The position numbers and the translations under genes were made by a program. Source: Nitrospirota bacterium (GTDB taxonomy: Bacteria > Nitrospirota > UBA9217). Taken from it: a DNA stretch of 64,000 nucleotides. Positions 57,601-64,000 of this stretch are shown here, one piece after another (position 1 is the stretch's first letter; the number at the start of each line of letters is the position of its first letter). A model generated the notes under the pieces. That model saw only the letters and a list, made by a program, of their open reading frames with translations. It had not been told where the DNA came from and did not search any database. The stretch lies in assembly GCA_963790205.1 (NCBI GenBank), contig CAWBNQ010000002.1, positions 172,502 to 236,501 on the forward strand, written 5' to 3'.

Positions 57601-60600
57601 GTCACAGGCTATGGGCTGACCCTAAACTCCTCGAACCCCGTTTTGGATACCGTGACTATTTCTAACACCGGGATCTACGGAATTAATCTTAATTCATCCT
57701 CACCTATCATCACAAACGGCAGCCTTACGAACTCGAGCCCAACCGGTCACGGGATTTACGGAAGCGGCTCGCCGGTCATCTCGAACTATAATGTCTCCAT
57801 CGTCAATACCGCCAACTATTACGGCGTATACATGAGTAGCGCAACCTCGGCGATGTCCATCACCAATTCCACGATCGGGAACGGCATTTACATCGGCTCA
57901 ACCGGCATCACTCCGACCATCACCGGCAACACCTTCACGAACGTGGATACCTCGCCGATCCATGCTGGAGCGAACATCATCGCGCAGATATTGAGCAGCA
58001 ATACCATAAACGGTATGACCTCGGCAGGGCAGATCCAGATCGTGGGCGAGCAGGTGAAACAGGATGCCCACTGGACGGTATGGCCTGCGCCGTATGTGGT
58101 CTCGGGTACGGTCCAAGTCTACAAGGACACGACGGGACCCGCCACGCTCACCATCGATCCGGGAGTGACCGTCAAGTTTGCTTCCAGCAGCGGTTTGCAG
58201 GTCGGCAACGGCGCGAGCCAGGGCGCGCTCGTAGCGCAGGGAACAGCGGCGAATCACATCATGTTCACTCGGAGCGGAACGAGCGGGACCTGGTCAGGTC
58301 TTATCTTTAACGACGGCACGATTGACGGAACAACGGACCTCGAATATGTGGATATTCAGTACAGCACCGGGGTATCTATGACCTCGGCCTCGCCGACGAT
58401 CAGGAACAGCACGATCACAAATGTCACAGGCTACGGACTAAATTTAAGCTCCTCGAATCCGGTATTGGACACGGTGACGATCACGAACAACGGGGCCTAT
58501 GGCATATATCTTTCATCCTCCTCTCCGACCATAACCAATGGCAGCCTGACGAACTCAAGTGCGACAGGGTATGGGATTTACGGGAATGGCTCGCCAGTCA
58601 TCTCAAACTACAATGTCTCCATTGTAAATACAGCGGCCTATTACGGATTATATTTATCTTCTACTTCGTCCGTGCTGTCTGTTACCAATTCAGCCATTGC
58701 CAATGGCTTGTACATCGGCTCAACCGGCATCACGCCGACCATCACCGGCAACACCTTCACGAACGCAGACAACTCTCCGATCCATTCCGGGGCGAACATC
58801 ATCGGTCAGATTTTGAACAACAACACGGTAAACAACATGACCTCCGCGGGCAGGATCGAGGTTGTAGGCGAAACCATAAATCAGAACACTCACTGGCAAA
58901 AGTGGACGGCGCCATATGTCGTATTAGGTACAATTTATGTCTATAAAGATACGACAACAACAGCCACCCTCACTATCGACTCCGGCGCCGTGATAAAATT
59001 TAACACCGGTACAAGCATGCAAATCGGCAGCGGCTCCTCTATGGGCGCGCTTATCGCCAAAGGCGCGGCAGGCAATAGCATCCTCTTCACCTCAAGCCAG
59101 ACCACACCCGCACCCGGGAATTGGTATGGCGTCACGCTCTCTGGAGGAGCTTCTTCAGCAAGCGACATTGAATACACGACCATTGAATACGCGGGTTCCG
59201 GAGCAAATTATAACAACGCCGATCTCACCATCAGCTCTTCCGCTCCAATCCTCAGAAACTGCCTTATCAGAAACAGCGCCGGAAGCGGCGTTTACGTGAC
59301 GGGCTCGACGAACTATCCCGTGATCATGGACAGCGAACTCACGGGAAACAAATGGGGCGTTTACTCCACCGGCTCCAATCCGTACATCACCAACACGAAA
59401 ATTTACTCCAACACCACGGCCGGCGCCTGGAACGCATCGACCTCTCCCGACGTCGACGCTCGCGACAACTGGTGGGGAGTAGCGAGCGGGCCGACATACA
59501 CCGTAGGCAACGCAGGCGGTAGAGGGGATGCCATCAACGATCATGTACTGTACAACCCTTGGCTGGGTCAGGTTCCGGGTACGGTCTTAAGCATCACCGA
59601 GGCGAGGGCCATGCCCATATCGCTGAACCCCAACGGCGGCTACGTTACTTTTACGGCCTCCATATCGAGTTCCGCCACCTGGACCATCACGATCACCGAC
59701 GCAAACAACAACGCGGTAAATGCCTTTACTGGGACCGGTACGGCCATCAAACAGAAATGGTACGGCACGAACAGTCAGGCGGTAAAAGTGGCCGACGGGG
59801 CGTACTTTTATCAGATTAACGCCGTTGACCCAACAAACGGCAATACCGCGTCATCGCCCCAGGGCATGATCATGGTTTCGAGCGTGGTCCCGATCGTCTA
59901 CATGGACCCGCCTGTGGACGATCAGATGTTCCAGGGCGGCGCGTCGATCAGCGTAACCGGCACGGCATCGGATCCCAACGGACTCAAGACCTATACCCTC
60001 GATTACGGCGTGGGCGGGGATCCGGCTTCCTGGACGACACTCAAAACATCGACCACGCCGGTCACGGACGGCCTGATCTACGCCTGGGACACGACGTCAC
60101 TTACCAGCGGCATGTACACGCTCCGGCTAACGGTCACGGACAACGCCGGGAATGTGGTTGTAGACACAGCGCGCGTACGGCTTCTTTGGACGCAGAATGC
60201 GGCAGCTTCTGAAGGCTATATATCGCCCAACGGAGACAATATAAAAGACACGACGACAATCAGTGCTGCCTTCACCTACCTGAGCGCGTGGACCATCACC
60301 ATCAACGACTCCTCGGCGGCAACTGTCAGGACGTATACCGGCACGGGGACTTCAATGGCCCAGTCTTGGGACGGCAATGACAGCACCGGGACCGTCGTGC
60401 CGGATGGAACGTATACCTACCGGATCGATGCAACGAGCACCGAAACCAGCGTACAGGCCGCCTCAACGACCAGGAGCATCATCGTGGATACTACGCCGCC
60501 CACGGCCGTTATATCCTCCCCGGCCGCGAACGCGGTGCTCCGCGATATTGTGCAGGTTCTGGGCACGGCGTCCGATACGAACCTCGATAATTACCGGCTG

Positions 60601-61725
60601 GAATACGGGCTCGCAGCAGGAGCCGGCCCCTGGACCCTTATATCCGGCGCAACAACACCGGTCAGCGGCGGAACGCTCGCCACCTGGGTCACGAACGACC
60701 AGACGAACGCGGTCCTGGTCCAGAACGGCGGCTATGCCTTGAGACTCACTGCAACGGACAAGGCAGGCAACAGTTCCATATCAATAGTCCCGGTAAGCAC
60801 GGACAACCTGATTCTCTCGAACATCGGAGCAAGCAGTCATACGCTTAATACCAACAACTCCGAATCCAGTGCCATATCCTTCACCATCAACGAGCCGGCA
60901 ACCGTTACGCTATCGATCATACCTGAAAAGCAGGGTCCGACCGGCACGCCGGTATACCAGGCTTCTCAAGCCTATGCGGCAGGCGCGTATTCTTTCACCT
61001 GGAACGGTACGGACAACACGGGCAAGGTTGTACCGGATGAGGCGTATCTCTACGTGTTAGGGGCATCGGACGGCGTTAAGTCAGACAGTTACAGCCCGCC
61101 CGCGCCCACGGGGACTGGGAGCGTGACCTGCTCGCAGTCGTCGGGCGCCGATCCCTTGACCAATCAGCCCATGACAATCACCTACACGCCGACGCAACCT
61201 TCACGGGTGACTGTAAGCATCTCCTGGGCGGCGCAGAACTTCAATGTTCTGACCGCGGTCCCGGCAACACCGGGGAGCTACAGCTACGTCTGGGATGTCA
61301 GGAACCCGAGCGGTCAACCCCTGGATTACGGCGCAGGCGCCTCATGCTCTATTGCATCTCTGCTCCGGGAGAACTATATCATAACGAACGGAGATACCCC
61401 CGTGATAAGCGCACTCAAGACCGATCCTTATGCAATGAGTCTGTCCTATGGCCAGTTTACACGGATCGAGTATACGCTCTCGCGGGACTCGAATGTCACG
61501 ATACAACTCGTCTCGCCTTCCGGGTCGGCAATTACCGTGGCAGGTACCCAGCTTCAGACGGCCGGTCCGCAGGAGCTTGACTGGAACGATTTGGACCCGG
61601 CGGATACAAACGGAATGAAAGCCCTGTTCTCCGGAGAAGGCAACTACATGGTCACGGTCACGGCCGTGAACCCCGTCACTGGATCTACCTCGATTGCGAG
61701 AGGAAATTTGATGATCGGGAATTAA
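54652..61725 (+). CDS. Giant secreted protein: ~275-aa parallel beta-helix repeats plus Ig/FlgD-like domains
   Basis: Signal peptide; TLTIxPGVxVKF recurs at ~822-831 bp spacing; DARDNWWG; WDGNDSTGTVVPDGTYTY and WNGTDNTGKVVPDEAY FlgD-like motifs. Confidence 0.85.
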   Translation: MRIRNAFGTALLFFFALTFYNTPSLADTTVGGRISADTTWSLANSPYVVTSTVQVYGTATSPVTLTIEPGVVVKFNSGTSLQIGNGTSQGALAAQGTAANHITFTRSGTSGTWNGLNFQDGTIDSTTDLEYVDVQYSTGVTMTSASPTIRNSTITSLSGYVSLSSSNPTLDTVTIANTGSYGIYLSSSSPIITGGSLTNSSPTGHGIYGSGSPVISNYNVSIVNTANYYGVYMSSATSALSITNSAIANGLYIGSTGIMPIITGNTFTNVDTSPIHAGANIIAQILSSNTINGMTSAGQIQIVGEQVKQDAHWTVWPAPYVVVSGTVQVYKDTTGPATLTIDPGVTVKFASSSGLTIGNGASQGALVAQGTAANHITFTRSGTSGTWSGLIFNDGTIDGTTDLEYVDIQYSTGVSMTSASPTIRNSTITNVTGYGLSLSSSNPVLDTVTITNTGTYGIYLSSSSSPVITNGSLTNSSTTGHGIYGSGSPVISNYSVSIVNTAGKYGVYLSGGSTSALSITNSTIANGLFIGSTGITPTITGNTFTNVDNSHMHAGANIIAQLLSGNTMNGMSSAGQIEVVGEQVAQDAHWTVWPAPYVVVSGTVSVYKDTTGPATLTIDPGVTVKFASSTGLQVANGTNQGALVAQGTAANHITFTRSGTSGAWSSLTFNDGTIDGTTVLQYVDIQYSSGITMNSASPTIRNSAITNVTGYGLNLNSSNPTLDTDTITNTGTYGIYLLNSSSPTITNGSLTNSSATGHGIYGSGSPIISSYTVSIVNTAAYYGVYLSSSSSTLSVTNSIIANGIYIGTNGITPTITGNTFTNVDTSPIHAGANIIAQILTNNTINNMTSAGRIEVAGEQVRQDAEWKQWAAPYVVVSGTVSVYKDTTGPATLTIDPGVTVKFASSSGLTIGNGASQGALVAQGTAANHITFTRSGTSGNWYGLNFQAGTIAGTTDLEYVDVQYSTGVTMTSASPTIRNSTITNVTGYGLTLNSSNPVLDTVTISNTGIYGINLNSSSPIITNGSLTNSSPTGHGIYGSGSPVISNYNVSIVNTANYYGVYMSSATSAMSITNSTIGNGIYIGSTGITPTITGNTFTNVDTSPIHAGANIIAQILSSNTINGMTSAGQIQIVGEQVKQDAHWTVWPAPYVVSGTVQVYKDTTGPATLTIDPGVTVKFASSSGLQVGNGASQGALVAQGTAANHIMFTRSGTSGTWSGLIFNDGTIDGTTDLEYVDIQYSTGVSMTSASPTIRNSTITNVTGYGLNLSSSNPVLDTVTITNNGAYGIYLSSSSPTITNGSLTNSSATGYGIYGNGSPVISNYNVSIVNTAAYYGLYLSSTSSVLSVTNSAIANGLYIGSTGITPTITGNTFTNADNSPIHSGANIIGQILNNNTVNNMTSAGRIEVVGETINQNTHWQKWTAPYVVLGTIYVYKDTTTTATLTIDSGAVIKFNTGTSMQIGSGSSMGALIAKGAAGNSILFTSSQTTPAPGNWYGVTLSGGASSASDIEYTTIEYAGSGANYNNADLTISSSAPILRNCLIRNSAGSGVYVTGSTNYPVIMDSELTGNKWGVYSTGSNPYITNTKIYSNTTAGAWNASTSPDVDARDNWWGVASGPTYTVGNAGGRGDAINDHVLYNPWLGQVPGTVLSITEARAMPISLNPNGGYVTFTASISSSATWTITITDANNNAVNAFTGTGTAIKQKWYGTNSQAVKVADGAYFYQINAVDPTNGNTASSPQGMIMVSSVVPIVYMDPPVDDQMFQGGASISVTGTASDPNGLKTYTLDYGVGGDPASWTTLKTSTTPVTDGLIYAWDTTSLTSGMYTLRLTVTDNAGNVVVDTARVRLLWTQNAAASEGYISPNGDNIKDTTTISAAFTYLSAWTITINDSSAATVRTYTGTGTSMAQSWDGNDSTGTVVPDGTYTYRIDATSTETSVQAASTTRSIIVDTTPPTAVISSPAANAVLRDIVQVLGTASDTNLDNYRLEYGLAAGAGPWTLISGATTPVSGGTLATWVTNDQTNAVLVQNGGYALRLTATDKAGNSSISIVPVSTDNLILSNIGASSHTLNTNNSESSAISFTINEPATVTLSIIPEKQGPTGTPVYQASQAYAAGAYSFTWNGTDNTGKVVPDEAYLYVLGASDGVKSDSYSPPAPTGTGSVTCSQSSGADPLTNQPMTITYTPTQPSRVTVSISWAAQNFNVLTAVPATPGSYSYVWDVRNPSGQPLDYGAGASCSIASLLRENYIITNGDTPVISALKTDPYAMSLSYGQFTRIEYTLSRDSNVTIQLVSPSGSAITVAGTQLQTAGPQELDWNDLDPADTNGMKALFSGEGNYMVTVTAVNPVTGSTSIARGNLMIGN
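54835..59000 (+). repeat. Five tandem ~825-bp intragenic repeats followed by a divergent sixth
   Basis: Unit starts near 54835, 55657, 56488, 57316, 58138 and ~58960. Confidence 0.9.
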
Positions 61726-61782
61726 TACTCTCATAGTTGTGCACTATCGCAGCTTTAAGTTAGTATTTAACCGGAAGTTTTC

Positions 61783-62292
61783 ATGATCAAGAGAATAAAA
61801 GATATGGGTTCATTCATGACAAAGCATTTTCCCAAAAGAGTTGTTTTCCTGCTCTGGGTATTGCTTTGCCTGTCCATTCCACTAAAATCAGCATATGCAA
61901 CATGCAGTTATGTTCCCGTTGGGGAGATGGGCTACAATTACGGAGTCTGTACTACTGCGGCGGAAGCTGTAAATTATAGTCCTAACAGGAATTGTGTGGG
62001 CTGGACACTTTATTACGATAGCGATAGTAGTGGCGGGTTTGCCCTTTGTCACTGTTCTCCTGATGACCCGCCTACCGCTGGTTGTTGGGAAGTTTTTTTT
62101 GGCAACAGTGGTTGCACTAACGGCAAAACACAGTCCTGTACAACTAGCACGGGCTGTCCCGGCACCCAAACGTGCATCAGCGGCCAATGGGGAGTTTGTC
62201 AAAAAATCGATCCTTGCTGCAAAAGTCCGGACCCTTGCTGCGGGGTCACGGATCGTTGCTGTGACCCCAGAAATGGTGGTGTAGGTAAATAA
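61783..62292 (+). CDS. Secreted Cys-rich protein, cassette 1
   Basis: Signal peptide (SAYA); conserved 11-Cys tail starting at 62113; exact start codon uncertain. Confidence 0.75.
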   Translation: MIKRIKDMGSFMTKHFPKRVVFLLWVLLCLSIPLKSAYATCSYVPVGEMGYNYGVCTTAAEAVNYSPNRNCVGWTLYYDSDSSGGFALCHCSPDDPPTAGCWEVFFGNSGCTNGKTQSCTTSTGCPGTQTCISGQWGVCQKIDPCCKSPDPCCGVTDRCCDPRNGGVGK

Positions 62293-62575
62293 CAGATTTT
62301 TTGATGAGGGAATAATGTCCTTTTCTTGTTTACTTTTACCATACAGTTCGTCTCGCCGTCCGGATAGGCGATCTCCTTGACGAACAACCAGCTCCAGAGC
62401 GCGGGGCCCACAGGAGCTTGAGCGGCTATGTTATGTGTGAAAAATATCTTCAGGAGGAATTAGCCGTACCTTCGCAGGCACATATCCTGGGTGTTAACGG
62501 TGTTGACGAGTCATGTGCATATTGCGCGAGCGGCATGAGCGGCAACCATGACGGCGGTTGGGAAGAGAATAAAAC

Positions 62576-63088
62576 ATGAGCAAACAAATATATTTTTGCT
62601 ACAGGGTTATTCTTAATGCAATTTTAAGTATTTCGTTAATGCTGGTTTGCTCCTCGCCAGTTTTGGGAAGTTGTACTGATAGTGCGGGTACGAATTCGGA
62701 AGGTCGCATTATTGCTTGTACTACTGCAGGAGAATGCTATAGTTATCTCTCTTCTGTTTTTAGTCATTATAACTATCCCTGCGGCATCCAATGGTATTGG
62801 GGATCCAATTCCAATGTAGTAAATACCAGTACATGTGAAGAAACTCCCGGTGGAGGTTGTAGCAATGTTTTGTGCGTTGCTGTTCTTGGGTGTTTATTTA
62901 ACAACATTTGCACAAACGGCAATACACAGTCCTGCACCACGAGCAACGGCTGTTCCGGCACCCAAACTTGCAGCAGCGACCAGTGGGGAGCTTGTCAAAG
63001 TATTGATCCTTGCTGCAAAAGTCCGGACCCTTGCTGCGGGGTCGCGGACCGATGCTGCACCTCCGGCAATGGGTCTGGCGGCACATAA
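62576..63088 (+). CDS. Secreted Cys-rich protein, cassette 2
   Basis: Signal peptide; conserved tail starting at 62909. Confidence 0.75.
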   Translation: MSKQIYFCYRVILNAILSISLMLVCSSPVLGSCTDSAGTNSEGRIIACTTAGECYSYLSSVFSHYNYPCGIQWYWGSNSNVVNTSTCEETPGGGCSNVLCVAVLGCLFNNICTNGNTQSCTTSNGCSGTQTCSSDQWGACQSIDPCCKSPDPCCGVADRCCTSGNGSGGT

Positions 63089-63332
63089 CGATTTTTTGAA
63101 GTGGGAAGCTAGTTATTCGCCACCTCCAGAGCGCGGTGCCCGCAGGAGCATGAGCGGAAGAATAACTGATCGGTGTTACTGATAGTTCTGGTACGAATAT
63201 TGTGTAATATATTACTCGCGGTTACCCTGTGTCAGCGGATGAACCCTTGATTCATGTCCATTTTCAGTTTATGTTTTTTTGCTGCAGATCACAACGAACG
63301 CCGACAGCATATTAGTCGGATGGGAGGTACTC

Positions 63333-63866
63333 ATGGGCCAATGGCTCAAGAGCTTACGGTTCTCTTTGCGGCTGAAGCTTTTAGTAACTCATTGGAAAAA
63401 TATTTTCTTTTCGCTCTGCTTAATATTTTGCATGTTTCTGTATCCCGAAAGGACTCATGCGGGATGTGGTGTGTCAGATCCTTTTACTTCTTGCCCCGTA
63501 CACTATGTATGTGACACTCAGGCACAAGCCATCGATTATATTTACTCTATGTGGTCGACTGATCTTGCGGGAATTAATATAATTTATATGGATCCGGGGT
63601 ACGGGGGGTACGTTCAGGCGTGCTTCAAGGAGTATCCGTCGTGTGGGGGTGGCGGCGTTTGTTTTGGTAGCGGCAGTTGCACTGGCAGTAATACACAGTC
63701 CTGCACCATTACCATTGGCAACACAAACTGTCCCGGCACCCAAACTTGCAGCAGCGGCCAGTGGGGAGCTTGTCAAAGTATTGATGCTTGCTGCGGAAGC
63801 AAGGACCGCTGCTGCGGGGTCGCGGATCGATGCTGCACCTCCGGCAATGGGTCTGGCGGCACATAA
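63333..63866 (+). CDS. Secreted Cys-rich protein, cassette 3
   Basis: GGGAGG RBS, signal peptide (THA); conserved tail starting at 63678. Confidence 0.75.
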   Translation: MGQWLKSLRFSLRLKLLVTHWKNIFFSLCLIFCMFLYPERTHAGCGVSDPFTSCPVHYVCDTQAQAIDYIYSMWSTDLAGINIIYMDPGYGGYVQACFKEYPSCGGGGVCFGSGSCTGSNTQSCTITIGNTNCPGTQTCSSGQWGACQSIDACCGSKDRCCGVADRCCTSGNGSGGT

Positions 63867-63933
63867 CGATTTTTTGATGAGGGAATAATGTCCTTTAAGC
63901 AATCAAGCTTTATCAGTTCTCAGGGAGGTCTTC

Positions 63934-64000
63934 ATGCTTCGGAAATCATATAAATTACTGCTCGTCATACTCGTTATCTTGTTCGCGGTACCTGCATATG
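63934..64000 (+). CDS. Start of an exported protein (truncated by window end)
   Basis: GGGAGG RBS; MLRKSYKLLLVILVILFAVPAY signal peptide. Confidence 0.6.
   Translation, partial: MLRKSYKLLLVILVILFAVPAY

Larger units (their letters stand above)
14123..64000. mobile_element. Integrative conjugative element inserted at tRNA-Glu 3' end (right end uncertain, probably beyond the window)
   Basis: Integrase ends 7 bp from the tRNA; xis, relaxase, coupling protein, T4SS, partition and defence cargo; visibly lower GC than the flanking core. Membership of 53-64 kb is inferred from not seeing an attR. Confidence 0.8.

Noticed and set aside
61783..63896. Diversity-generating retroelement or CRISPR explanation for the repeats
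   Set aside because: No reverse transcriptase or cas genes in the window; differences are not adenine-specific; repeats are coding tails with long irregular spacing.
14100..64000. Second att copy of the tRNA-Glu 3' end
   Set aside because: Not seen by eye within the window, so the right boundary of the element cannot be called.

Overview
The window has two parts. Bases 1 to ~14,120 are GC-rich core chromosome, possibly from a Nitrospirota/Desulfobacterota-like anaerobe (inference). They carry a USP fragment, a methyltransferase, an RDD protein, NrdR-boxed class II RNR nrdJ, a Lys-rich histone-like protein, ttcA, an MshEN protein, a DUF1573-like gene with an in-frame UGA plus SECIS-like hairpin (probable selenoprotein), a class V aminotransferase, serA, purA, tRNA-Lys and tRNA-Glu. 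From the 3' end of tRNA-Glu to the window end lies a visibly lower-GC integrative conjugative element; no right attachment site was seen. It encodes a tyrosine integrase and Xis, an XRE repressor switch with an 18-bp palindromic operator, an HTH replication initiator with internal iterons, a MOBF relaxase, ParM/ParR-like partitioning and a TrwA-like/TraD coupling module. Next come a defence island (MazG-like, DUF262, HEPN, type III RM, ImmA/DUF4411), signalling cargo, surface lipoproteins and a compact VirB2-3-4-5-6-8-9-10-like T4SS. The window ends with a NarL-type regulator divergent from a 2.36-kaa beta-helix/FlgD-Ig repeat protein and a tandem array of secreted Cys-rich proteins with variable N-termini and near-identical C-termini. 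The most notable observations are this cassette array, the chimeric xis/int upstream region, the plasmid-like replicon inside the ICE, and the selenoprotein. All family assignments come from motif recognition by eye, not database searches.
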